A stretch of DNA of 62,087 nt, filler included. It is 4 parts of 4 records of this genome, joined end to end, with 100 filler letters (N's around TTAATTAATTAA, not from the genome) between each part and the next. Parts side by side here need not be neighbours in the genome. Positions count along the whole stretch, not along the records: positions 1 to 30,412 come from SRR31156797_4520; 3 more parts are not named here. One strand, written 5' to 3'. The notes under the pieces were generated by a model. The model was given only the letters and a program-made list of their open reading frames with translations. It searched no databases and was not told the origin of the DNA. Position 1 is the first letter of the stretch. Each line of letters opens with the position of its first letter. Made by a program: the position numbers and the translations under genes. Shown piece by piece: positions 1 through 8,989 of this stretch.

Positions 1-30
1 GGGTTTAAGAATCCCAAAACCTTTTATTAG
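1..30. repeat. Fragment of an intergenic repeat at the contig edge
   Basis: Reverse complement (ctaataaaaggttttgggattc) resembles 30379-30396 (ctactaaaagttttggga) at the other end of the same contig. Confidence 0.45.
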
Positions 31-55
31 TTTAATTTTCGTTTTTATTGATAAA

Positions 56-874
56 TTACTGCCTTACTTCATGAGTATGGCGATGAGATAGCTCATGTTC
101 GTAATCAAGTGCTTCCAGGTCTTCCACTGGATGGATCACCGGGCAGCCTTTGCGCATTTCGATTTCAACTTCTACGCCGTATACCTGTTCGATTATTTCC
201 GGGCTGACGGAATCCTTGCCTCCGCAGCCGTAGACCGTGCCATTCTTGAGAAAAATGAACTTGTCCGCATAGCGCAGGGCCGTGTTCAGGTCATGCATGG
301 TCATGATGGCTGAGACCTTGTGCCCTTTGACCACTGCCCGCACCGTACGCAGGATGTCCAGCTGGTTCTTGAGATCAAGGGAACTGGTCGGTTCGTCGAG
401 CAGGAGCACATCCGGTTCCTGCACAAGAGCGCGGGCAATGCTGACCTTTTGCAATTCTCCGCCGCTGAGTAGGTCGATGTAGCGTAGTGAAAGATGGTCC
501 AGTGAAAGTCTTTTCAGGGCCGCGTCTACAATTCGGATATCGTTATCGCGGACCCGCCACTTGATGTGCGGTTTGCGGCCCATGAGCACGGCATCAAAGA
601 CCGTTAAACGGGCTGGTTCCACCCGCTGCGGCACGTAGCCGATCAGGCGGGCTATATCGTCTGAAGCAAGCTTGAAGACATCCTTATCCTTGACCAGCAC
701 CGATCCTTTTCCCGGTCTGTGGATGGCGTTCATGCATTTGAGCAGGGTGGTTTTACCCGCTCCGTTGGGACCGAGGATAGCTAGCAATTCGCCTTGGTCT
801 ACGGTGAAGTCCACTCCCTCTAAAACCGGGATCCCGTTGTAGCTGAAATTTATGTTGTTGACCTTGATGTTCAT
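56..874 (-). CDS. ABC transporter ATP-binding subunit, FecE/BtuD-like (metal-complex uptake), His-rich C-tail
   Basis: Walker A GPNGAGKT, signature LSGGE, Walker B LLLDEPT, MHDLN; overlaps permease stop. Confidence 0.93.
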   Translation of the reverse strand: MNIKVNNINFSYNGIPVLEGVDFTVDQGELLAILGPNGAGKTTLLKCMNAIHRPGKGSVLVKDKDVFKLASDDIARLIGYVPQRVEPARLTVFDAVLMGRKPHIKWRVRDNDIRIVDAALKRLSLDHLSLRYIDLLSGGELQKVSIARALVQEPDVLLLDEPTSSLDLKNQLDILRTVRAVVKGHKVSAIMTMHDLNTALRYADKFIFLKNGTVYGCGGKDSVSPEIIEQVYGVEVEIEMRKGCPVIHPVEDLEALDYEHELSHRHTHEVRQ

Positions 875-1938
875 TTGCTCCCCCTGATGATCAGCCAGAT
901 GAAGACCGGTGCGCCGAGAAATGCAGTTAGTACGGAAACAGGCAGCACATTGGGAGCCAGCATAAGCCTTGCCGCAGTATCTGCAGCCAGCAGTAATATT
1001 GCACCGACTATGCAGGACGCCGGAAGCAGGAAACGGTAATCGTCACCGATCATGCGCCGGACCATATGCGGGCAGACCAGCCCTACGAAACCGATTATGC
1101 CTAAGAATGAGACGATGACCGCTGTAACCAGCGAGGCCAACAGCATTCCGGTCAAGCGGACCCGTTCAACCTTTACGCCAAGCCCCTTGGCTGTTTCGTC
1201 TCCGGCTTCGATGGCATTGAAGTTCCAGCGGTTGGCCGTGAACCAGATGTAGGCAATGACAGTTACTGCGCTGATTATTCCCAGTTCTGTCCAAGTTGCC
1301 CGGGCCACATCTCCGAAGGTCCAGAAGACCATGGCAGCCAGTTGCACGTCATCCGCAAAATATTGCAGGAACATTGTCCCGGCAGTGAAGAGTGCGCCAA
1401 GGGCGACTCCGGTCAGGACCATTACTTCCGGGGTGGCCCTGCGGGTACGCGAAATGGCGATAATGGCAAAGGTGGCAAGAAGGCTGAACCCGAAGGCAAT
1501 CATGGTGGTCAGGTAAGGAGAGTTGATGGTCACCGCGCCTACATTGGAGCTGGCCATGGTTCCGAGGTCCAGCAGCATGACCGAGACTGCGGCACCGAAG
1601 GCTGCTGCATGGGAGATGCCCAAGGTGAAGGGTGATCCCAGCGGGTTGCGCAGGATGGCCTGCATGACCGCCCCGGCTACGGAGAGTCCTGCTCCCGCAG
1701 CCAAAGCGGTCAGAGCCTGCGGAAGCCTGATGTTCCAGATGATCAGGTCAAAACGTTTGGAAACAGTATCTCCAAGCAGGGTCAGCAGGGCTTCTTGGGC
1801 TGAGATGGATACCGGGCCCATGCCGATGGAAGTTATCAGCATGGCTCCAGCCAGCAGCAGCCCCGCTGCTATGAAGAATGACTTCTGTTTGATGTGTCGC
1901 GAATATTCCGCGGGAATCTGTCCGTCATCAAAATGCAT
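871..1938 (-). CDS. FecCD/BtuC-family ABC permease
   Basis: IRLP, QAILRNPL..P.TLGIS, GIIGFVGLVCPH, GAPVFIWL motifs; hydrophobic. Confidence 0.93.
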   Translation of the reverse strand: MHFDDGQIPAEYSRHIKQKSFFIAAGLLLAGAMLITSIGMGPVSISAQEALLTLLGDTVSKRFDLIIWNIRLPQALTALAAGAGLSVAGAVMQAILRNPLGSPFTLGISHAAAFGAAVSVMLLDLGTMASSNVGAVTINSPYLTTMIAFGFSLLATFAIIAISRTRRATPEVMVLTGVALGALFTAGTMFLQYFADDVQLAAMVFWTFGDVARATWTELGIISAVTVIAYIWFTANRWNFNAIEAGDETAKGLGVKVERVRLTGMLLASLVTAVIVSFLGIIGFVGLVCPHMVRRMIGDDYRFLLPASCIVGAILLLAADTAARLMLAPNVLPVSVLTAFLGAPVFIWLIIRGSK

Positions 1939-1941
1939 AGC

Positions 1942-3051
1942 TTAATTCAGCTCCAGCTTTTCAAAACCTTTGACGCTGAAAGCCTTGGTCATGGTTGCAA
2001 GGACCGGAGCACCGACCATGAAGGAATATATGGCATCGGCCTCGGCAGCAGGATCAATGTCCTTGAATCTTTCAGGGTAGAGAACCTTACCTACATAATA
2101 GGCGTCGGCAATAATGGAGCCGTAGTTCCGGGAATACCAGTTGTAGGGCAGTACGGTATAGACCTTGTCGGAAGCTACCGCATCAAGGGACTGGTAAGCC
2201 GGGTCGGTCTTGATTTCGTGAATGGCGCCGGCATTTTCGCCCAGCTGGGAGGTGGAAATGTCTACAAAGAGGATTTCCGGGTTCCAGGCTACAATCTGTT
2301 CCTTGGAGACATTGGCATGCTGCAAGGGTTTGCCTTTTCCCTTGGGCGGGCAGGCTACGTTTAACGCATTTACGAAGCGGAAAGGCGGGTAGGCAGGTTC
2401 GGTGGATTGGAAGCCGTGCGGACCTTTCTTGGCAATACCACCAACGTAGCAGGGCTTACGTTTATCTTTGGGGATGTCTGCGGTTCTTTTCTCCAGATCA
2501 GTAATGTGCCCTTCCATGAAGTCACACACTGCCTTGGCTCGTTCCTGTTTGCCGATGACATCACCCATTAGTTGCAGTGATTTGTAGATGACGTCCCGTT
2601 TGGCGGCGAGGCTGGCATAGGAAAGGCAGATCACCGGAATTCCGGTCTTGACTTGAAGTTCGTCCGGGTCGTAGCCCATGTCTTTGTAGGTTTTGAAGAT
2701 TACCTGCGGCTGAGGTTCAAGGCCGAGAATCAGCTCCGGGTTATCATGTCCGCGGAACTCACCGATCAGTGGCATTTTTTTGAATTGTGGATTGGCTATG
2801 GCGTATGGGCGGGCATCAAATCTTGTTTTGCGGTGTTCAATGGAATCCACGCCCACAATCATATTCTGTCCTTGGAGATAGGTCAGGTAGCGCAGGCTGC
2901 CTGGACCGGAACAGATCACCCGTTCCACATTGTCCGGTATCTTCACCGTACGTCCGGCCATATCTGTGATGGTTCTGGTTCCGCAGTACGCGGGTAGAGA
3001 TATGCACAGGGTGATGAGCAGGGAGAGTGTAAGGGAAAAGAATTTGTTCAT
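1942..3051 (-). CDS. Periplasmic binding protein of a metal-complex ABC transporter
   Basis: Signal peptide, TITDMAGRTVKIP..VERVIC, NPELIL; ATG at 3051 with GAGGTG RBS. Confidence 0.9.
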   Translation of the reverse strand: MNKFFSLTLSLLITLCISLPAYCGTRTITDMAGRTVKIPDNVERVICSGPGSLRYLTYLQGQNMIVGVDSIEHRKTRFDARPYAIANPQFKKMPLIGEFRGHDNPELILGLEPQPQVIFKTYKDMGYDPDELQVKTGIPVICLSYASLAAKRDVIYKSLQLMGDVIGKQERAKAVCDFMEGHITDLEKRTADIPKDKRKPCYVGGIAKKGPHGFQSTEPAYPPFRFVNALNVACPPKGKGKPLQHANVSKEQIVAWNPEILFVDISTSQLGENAGAIHEIKTDPAYQSLDAVASDKVYTVLPYNWYSRNYGSIIADAYYVGKVLYPERFKDIDPAAEADAIYSFMVGAPVLATMTKAFSVKGFEKLELN

Positions 3052-3116
3052 GACCACCTCAGATTTGCTTTGTTGTTCGCGGTTGCGGCGATATTATTTT
3101 ATGTAAATATGTGTTT

Positions 3117-3145
3117 GATGTATACGCAACAAAAAATCGTGTCAA
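3117..3145 (-). promoter_or_regulatory. Putative sigma70 promoter of the ABC operon
   Basis: TTGACA-17 bp-TACATC on the minus strand. Confidence 0.5.
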
Positions 3146-3156
3146 CGCAGGAGCAT

Positions 3157-3192
3157 AAAAAAGCCCGTCTGAAATCATTCAGGCGGGCTTTT
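3157..3192 (-). terminator. Rho-independent terminator
   Basis: aaaaaagcccgtctgaa-atca-ttcaggcgggctttt downstream of the RHH gene. Confidence 0.8.
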
Positions 3193-3215
3193 ATATAGTT
3201 TTATATTACTCTGTA

Positions 3216-3482
3216 TCAGGCAGACTTGTTCACCAGATAGGTTGTACAGACAACACGCAGTAATGAGGCGAAGTTAGATATCTCTCCATTAAGGCTGTAA
3301 GCCTCGTTATGAAGGGTTGAGATAAATTTGCCTGTGCTGGTTTGTTCTTCAGCTGCCAGTTCATCAAGGATCTTCCAGAATCTACGCTCAATGCGAATGC
3401 TGGTAACAGCTCCGTTGATTCTTATGGAGCGGGTTATTTGTTCATATTCCGGCGGGGGGGTGGAAGCATATATTTCACACAT
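3216..3482 (-). CDS. Ribbon-helix-helix (RHH_4-like) DNA-binding protein
   Basis: RSIRINGAVTSIRIERRFWKILDELA...NFASLLRV pattern; follows PfpI gene. Confidence 0.8.
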   Translation of the reverse strand: MCEIYASTPPPEYEQITRSIRINGAVTSIRIERRFWKILDELAAEEQTSTGKFISTLHNEAYSLNGEISNFASLLRVVCTTYLVNKSA

Positions 3483-3522
3483 GGGATTCCCTCGCGTGCT
3501 TTATCCCGCCTTTCGGGGCTGA

Positions 3523-4080
3523 TTAACCGATGCGGTCGACCAGCAGGCGCAGCCATTTGGGATGGGCGGGCCATGCGGGAGCAGTTATGAGATTGCCGTC
3601 GCAAATGGCATCATCAAGTTCGATTTCAACATATTCCCCTCCGGCAAGTTTTACCTCGGGGGCGCAGGCCGGATAGGCGGATACTTTTTTACCTTTGAGT
3701 ATTCCGGTTGCAACGAGAAGTTGTGGTCCGTGACAGACTGCTGCAATGGGACGTTCTGAAAAATCTTGAACCATATCGAGCACTTTTTCATTGAGGCGCA
3801 AATATTCTGGAGCTCTGCCGCCGGGAACTACCAAAGCAGCATAATCCCCTGTATTCACGCTGTCAAAGTCTGCATTAAGGGTAAAATTGTGACCGGGGCG
3901 TTCAAGGTAGGTCTGCTGGGATTCGAAATCGTGAACCGCAGTAGCGACCTGTTCTCCGGCTTTCTTGTCAGGGCAAATTGCATCCACTTCAAAGCCCATA
4001 GCCTGCAAAGCTTGAAAGGGAACCATTACTTCGTAGTCTTCCACAAAATCACCGACGATCATCAAAATCTTTTTAGCCAT
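3523..4080 (-). CDS. DJ-1/PfpI family protein
   Basis: [26 protein letters not shown] nucleophile Cys, [12 protein letters not shown] 4080 with AGGAG RBS. Confidence 0.92.
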   Translation of the reverse strand: MAKKILMIVGDFVEDYEVMVPFQALQAMGFEVDAICPDKKAGEQVATAVHDFESQQTYLERPGHNFTLNADFDSVNTGDYAALVVPGGRAPEYLRLNEKVLDMVQDFSERPIAAVCHGPQLLVATGILKGKKVSAYPACAPEVKLAGGEYVEIELDDAICDGNLITAPAWPAHPKWLRLLVDRIG

Positions 4081-4325
4081 TGTTTTCTCCTTTTGCATTG
4101 TTGATACCAAGAAACTAGCAGAAGGCGTAATGAGAATGGTAACAGCCGTGTACTACAGATTTTCAATTTGCTGCGGTTACTGTTTGATATTCGACGTGAT
4201 AAACACTGAATTCATCGGTGTTAAAGTTCTTGAGTATTGGAATGATAATTGCTTTATGTTTCTTAATGTTTTTTGTCAGGCAATTATTACCATTCGTCCA
4301 GTGTGGATAAACCAGGAGTATTTAG

Positions 4326-5105
4326 ATGAGTATTTCAGGAATTGACGGCCCTGAAAATTCGCAGGTGAGTGCGGATTATGCTCCCGATGAATCAAGGATC
4401 TTAGAGCAAAGGCAACAGAGTGATTTCCTTGATTCATTAATGATATCAAAAGATAAGGATAGTAACGGTATCCTTACTCTTGATGAGTCAGGGTTACGCA
4501 AGGAAGAGTTCTCTAAGCTTGATGCAGACGGTAACGGCAGTGTCACTCCTTCCGAAGTGCAGGCTGTTCTTGAGAAGATGCAAAAGGAAAAGGGTGAACT
4601 GGGCAAACTTGATGTTCAGATTCAGCAGGCGGAAGAATCTGCCGCTGAAAGCCCAAGAGCAGCTTCTCAGAAGATGGTCAACCTCGAAGATAGCGGATTG
4701 GATGAAAAAACATTCAATATGCTTGATTCTGACGGAGACGGCAAAGTCTCGCAGGCTGAGATTGACTCCTTGAGAGATTCCGAAGAGCGGGCTCAAGAGG
4801 GGAGTTTGTTTTCCGAAGCCCTGTCGGAATTCCAAAAGAATTTTTTCCAGAAGGAAAAGGATGACGAAGAAAAGGATTTAAATGGAGACGGCATCGTTTC
4901 TGAGGAAGAAGAGGAGCTGGCAAAGCAGCAGGAAGCGCAGGTTACTGGAGTTAATGCTGAAGAAAGTAAAGATCCTGCCACTAATACCGAACCACAGGGA
5001 AAAAGATTTTCAGCAAGGCAGATGGCTGGAGTCCGGGCCTACCAGAATCAGGCCTCGGAGTTTTTTGACGCAGTTTCAAAGTCTTCGGTTAGTTTCCAAT
5101 ACTAA
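4326..5105 (+). CDS. Acidic multi-EF-hand protein
   Basis: DKDSNGILTLDE, DADGNGSVTPSE, DSDGDGKVSQAE, DLNGDGIVSEEE loops; AGGAG RBS. Confidence 0.82.
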   Translation: MSISGIDGPENSQVSADYAPDESRILEQRQQSDFLDSLMISKDKDSNGILTLDESGLRKEEFSKLDADGNGSVTPSEVQAVLEKMQKEKGELGKLDVQIQQAEESAAESPRAASQKMVNLEDSGLDEKTFNMLDSDGDGKVSQAEIDSLRDSEERAQEGSLFSEALSEFQKNFFQKEKDDEEKDLNGDGIVSEEEEELAKQQEAQVTGVNAEESKDPATNTEPQGKRFSARQMAGVRAYQNQASEFFDAVSKSSVSFQY

Positions 5106-5142
5106 ATCCTGATTTTCAAATAAGGATCATTTTCAAAAAACA

Positions 5143-5173
5143 AAGCCCCCTGAAGGAACGCTTCAGGGGGCTT
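5143..5173. terminator. Terminator hairpin between convergent genes
   Basis: aagccccctgaag-gaacg-cttcagggggctt. Confidence 0.8.
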
Positions 5174-5197
5174 ATTTCGTCTGTGCGGAAGTAGAAA

Positions 5198-5704
5198 CTA
5201 TTCAGCAGGTGCGTTGAATACGCGGGTGGACAGTTCCTTGTCGAGGATGAACATGCCGTTGCCTTCTCCGTTGAGCAGGCGCAGCTTGTTCAGCACTGCG
5301 TTTACGCTGTCTTCCTCTTCTACCTGCTCTGTTACAAACCACTGCAGGAAGATATTGGTGGCGTGGTCTCTTTCATCAATTGCGAGGTTTACGAGGTTGT
5401 TGACCAGAGAAGTAACATGCTTCTCGTGCTCAAGAACAGCCTCAATGCAGGCCAGTGGGGATTCCCACTCAGTCTTGGGTGCCTCGATGGCGGTGAGGAG
5501 TACACGGCCGCCGCGTTCATTGATGTAATCGTAGAACTTCATGGCGTGGAACTGCTCTTCTTTCGCCTGTACCCTCATCCAGTTGGCAAAGCCGTCCAGT
5601 CCGATGTCGCTGAAGTATGCAGACATGGAAAGGTAAAGGTATGCAGAGTACATTTCAGCGTTGAGCTGTTCGTTAAGTGCTTTTTCAAGAACCTTGTTAG
5701 ACAT
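5198..5704 (-). CDS. ftn: Non-heme ferritin
   Basis: LNEQLNAEMYSAYLYLSM, EEQFHA, LEHEKHVT, LQWFVTEQVEEE ferroxidase residues. Confidence 0.95.
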   Translation of the reverse strand: MSNKVLEKALNEQLNAEMYSAYLYLSMSAYFSDIGLDGFANWMRVQAKEEQFHAMKFYDYINERGGRVLLTAIEAPKTEWESPLACIEAVLEHEKHVTSLVNNLVNLAIDERDHATNIFLQWFVTEQVEEEDSVNAVLNKLRLLNGEGNGMFILDKELSTRVFNAPAE

Positions 5705-5736
5705 TTCAGTTGTTCTCCGTAATTGGATTCAGTTTG

Positions 5737-6750
5737 CTAGTAGCCCAGATCTTCATCGGTGATCTTGGTTGCAAATACTTTATGCATCCAGAACTGGTAA
5801 CCGATAACGATGGGGACCATGATCAATGCGACTGTTAACATGATCTTCAGAGTCAGCTGACTTGAAGCAGCATTTTGGATGGTGATGGAGTATGCCGGAT
5901 TAATGCTTGAAGGCAGCAGGGCCGGGAATAGTCCGATCACGCCAAACATGGTGGTGGATACAATAAGCACAGCAGAGCAGGCCCATGCTTTCCACCATTT
6001 GCGGGCTGCGATAAGGGTGCGAACCTTGACGATTGCAAAGATCGGGACCAACAGGATCAGCATCAGGGCCGGGTAGGCCAAGTAGTTGCTGAGCAACTGA
6101 GTGTATACCCCGGTTAGGGCCAGGAAGGCAATATAAACTGCTGCCAGAATCGGCCAGATGGTTGCAGCAAGGTTCCCGGCGCGTTCATTGAGTTCACCGT
6201 CAGTACGTACTGCCAGCCAGAGGCAGCCGTGCTGGGCAAAGAGCAGAACGAACAGAATGCCGCCGCCGAGACCGTAGGGGTTGAGCAGGGTAAAGATGTT
6301 GCCTTGAAATACGCCGTTTTCGTCAATAGGAATACCCATGAAGATGTTGGCAAAGGCAACGCCGAGGAGCAGTCCGGGTAGGAAGCTGCCTACTACCATT
6401 GCTTTATCCCAGAGTTTGCGGGCCCATTCGCTTTCAACCAATCCTCTGAATTCAAAGGCAACACCGCGAATGATCAGGGCGATGAGCAGCAGCATGAGTG
6501 CGGTGTAAAGGCCACTGAACATTACTGCATATGCCTTGGGAAACGCGGCAAAGGTTACACCACCTGCGGTGATGAGCCAGACTTCGTTACCGTCCCAGAA
6601 GGGGCCTATAGATTTATATATTGCTTTTCTGTCTTTCTCGTCCTTGGCCAGAAAGGGCATCACAGACCCTAACCCCAGATCATACCCGTCGAGCATGAAG
6701 TAGATGGCCCAGAGTAAGCCCCATAACAAGAACCATATGGATTCCAACAT
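5737..6750 (-). CDS. cydB: Cytochrome bd oxidase subunit II
   Basis: LDGYDLG, IGPFWDGNEVWL, RGVAFEFR. Confidence 0.96.
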   Translation of the reverse strand: MLESIWFLLWGLLWAIYFMLDGYDLGLGSVMPFLAKDEKDRKAIYKSIGPFWDGNEVWLITAGGVTFAAFPKAYAVMFSGLYTALMLLLIALIIRGVAFEFRGLVESEWARKLWDKAMVVGSFLPGLLLGVAFANIFMGIPIDENGVFQGNIFTLLNPYGLGGGILFVLLFAQHGCLWLAVRTDGELNERAGNLAATIWPILAAVYIAFLALTGVYTQLLSNYLAYPALMLILLVPIFAIVKVRTLIAARKWWKAWACSAVLIVSTTMFGVIGLFPALLPSSINPAYSITIQNAASSQLTLKIMLTVALIMVPIVIGYQFWMHKVFATKITDEDLGY

Positions 6751-6776
6751 AATTATCTCCTTGTTTTACAGCTTTC

Positions 6777-8090
6777 TTAAGCCTTTTCAGGTTCAGGGCC
6801 TCTGCGGGCAAATCTCGCCAGGAGATAAATTTCGCACGCTCCCAGAAGAGTATATAGAGTGGTCAGGGCGATAAATGAGAAAGCAACCTGACTTGTGGCA
6901 ATGGGTGAAACCGCATCACTTGTCTTCATAATTCCGTAGACGATCCACGGCTGACGACCGACTTCTGCAACTGCCCAGCCGGCCCAGATGGCAATGTAAG
7001 GCAGGGGGATGGCGCAGAGCATGAGGCGCAGGTAAAGCTTGTTTTCAAGCAGTTCTTTGCGTTTCATCCAGCCCCAGATGCATAGCAGCGGGAAGAGGGT
7101 TCCCAGTCCGACCATGATACGGAAGGCCAGGAAAGTAATAGTCACAGGAGGGCGGTCTTCTTTGGGCCATTCCTTGAGACCTTTGACCGGAGCGTCAAAA
7201 TCGTTGAAAGCAAGGAAGCTGAGTGCTCCGGGAATTCCCAGAAACTCGATGGAGTTCTTTTCATTTTTTTCGTCGGGCATTGCCAACAGATACATGGGTG
7301 CACCGTCTTCATGGGTATCCCAGAGAGCTTCCATTGCGGCCAGTTTTTCGGGCTGCATCTTGGCGACTGTCTGGGCGTGGTGGTGGCCCTGCGCAGCAAC
7401 AAGAATGGAGAAGATAAAAGCTACGATTAAGCCCATCTTGAAAGACTTGCTGAAGAATTCAACTTCATTTTTACGCAGCAGGTGATAGGCACTGATACCC
7501 ATAACAAAGAAGCTGGCAACCATGAATGCAGCAAAGCCGTTGTGCAGGAACTGGCCCCATGCAAAGGGGTTGGTGATAACTTCGGTGAAGCTGTCCAGTT
7601 CAGCACGGCCGTTTCTGATTACATAGCCGACAGGATTCTGCATCCAGCCGTTAGCAAGAATAATCCAGACCGCGGAAATATTTGAGGCAATTGCCACAAT
7701 CCAGATACAGGCTGCGTGCATTTTGGGGGAAAGTTTTTTCCAGCCGAAAATCCATGCAGCAAGAAAAGTCGATTCCATGAAAAAGGCTACTGTCGCTTCA
7801 ATAGCCAGCAGTGAACCGAAAATGTCACCTACGTATTCGGAATAGCGGGACCAGTTGGTACCAAACTGGAATTCAAGAGTGATTCCAGTAACGATTCCGA
7901 GAACAAAGTTAATGACGAACAGCTTTCCCCAAAATTTAGTCATGCGCAGGTAAATGTCTTTTTTAGTGCGCACATACATGGTTTCCATAATGGCAACCAT
8001 GATGGAAAGCCCCAGTGTGAGCGGTACGAAAATGAAGTGGAACATTGTTGCCATGGCAAATTGCAGCCTTGACAGCATCAGAACATCCAT
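6777..8090 (-). CDS. cydA: Cytochrome bd oxidase subunit I
   Basis: SRLQFA..FHFIF, FQFGTNW, QPEKLAAME, EVGRQPW. Confidence 0.96.
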   Translation of the reverse strand: MDVLMLSRLQFAMATMFHFIFVPLTLGLSIMVAIMETMYVRTKKDIYLRMTKFWGKLFVINFVLGIVTGITLEFQFGTNWSRYSEYVGDIFGSLLAIEATVAFFMESTFLAAWIFGWKKLSPKMHAACIWIVAIASNISAVWIILANGWMQNPVGYVIRNGRAELDSFTEVITNPFAWGQFLHNGFAAFMVASFFVMGISAYHLLRKNEVEFFSKSFKMGLIVAFIFSILVAAQGHHHAQTVAKMQPEKLAAMEALWDTHEDGAPMYLLAMPDEKNEKNSIEFLGIPGALSFLAFNDFDAPVKGLKEWPKEDRPPVTITFLAFRIMVGLGTLFPLLCIWGWMKRKELLENKLYLRLMLCAIPLPYIAIWAGWAVAEVGRQPWIVYGIMKTSDAVSPIATSQVAFSFIALTTLYTLLGACEIYLLARFARRGPEPEKA

Positions 8091-8117
8091 CATCCCTCTC
8101 CTTGTTCAAGTTGTTAA

Positions 8118-8816
8118 TTAAATTCCGGAAATTTTATCCAGAGCTTCCTGAGCCAGCCTTCCCACCGTTACAGACTGCAATAAAGAGTCCTTATAAATAT
8201 CTATAACAGTATCATTATCCGCCAAAGCTTCAAGCTTTTTAACGGATTCCGATGACTTCAGACCTCCCAGCGCCCAGCAGGCTGTACCTTGTATGACCGG
8301 GTCGGGATAGGAAAGAAAACGGATAAGGTCGTCCGCGGCTTGAGCCGCGATTTGCGGTCGAGTCTGCGCCATCCGAGCAACTCCCCAAACTGCCCCACGG
8401 AGCAGGGTGGGGAATTCAAGATAGTTCTCCGGGCCTTCTTCATCCTCGTGGCTGTAGCTTAAGAGGATTTTTCCGTATTCAGCGGCCATCTGATTGTTCA
8501 CCGCAGCGATTTCTCCCATGGCTTCGGGCACACCCCAGGCACAGCCTCCGGATTCCTCATTGAGCATCCACATGATTCTGCGCATGACAATGCGGGCCTT
8601 CGGTGCGTCTTCTTTCACCATGCGGGAAAGGACCTTGCCGAAGCAGGTTACTCCATGCCAGCGGACAATTACCGTGGTCGCACAAAGGGAAGCGAAAAGA
8701 GGGGCTACGAGGTTCTGCATGGAATATTTTCCCATTAATTCTTCAAACCTGCTTTCCCAGTTATCATCAGCCAGTACGGCCATGACTTCCTTTTTGATCC
8801 TGCGTCCAGTAGCCAT
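8118..8816 (-). CDS. HEAT-repeat protein (DVU0298-like family)
   Basis: RRIMWMLNEESGGCAWGVPEAMGEI motif and HEAT-like helices. Confidence 0.7.
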   Translation of the reverse strand: MATGRRIKKEVMAVLADDNWESRFEELMGKYSMQNLVAPLFASLCATTVIVRWHGVTCFGKVLSRMVKEDAPKARIVMRRIMWMLNEESGGCAWGVPEAMGEIAAVNNQMAAEYGKILLSYSHEDEEGPENYLEFPTLLRGAVWGVARMAQTRPQIAAQAADDLIRFLSYPDPVIQGTACWALGGLKSSESVKKLEALADNDTVIDIYKDSLLQSVTVGRLAQEALDKISGI

Positions 8817-8954
8817 ATGCGATCCTCCTTTAAAAGAGTGACGCTAAAAAAAACTATTATTGATAATGTTGTAACAGCTTCCTATTTTTGCGTTTTCAAT
8901 TTCTTGATAACATAAAATTGAAGGTTTTGTGAACCAGTTTTTGAAAATGGATGG

Positions 8955-8983
8955 TCCCGGACGGAGTGGACTCCGTCCGGGAA
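8955..8983. other. Stem-loop downstream of roo
   Basis: tcccggacggagt-gg-actccgtccggga; no U-tract on the coding (minus) strand. Confidence 0.6.
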
Positions 8984-8989
8984 AATTAA

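Noticed and set aside
8927-8946. Rex operator upstream of the HEAT-cydAB unit (TTGTGAA...)
   Set aside because: Only one half-site matches.
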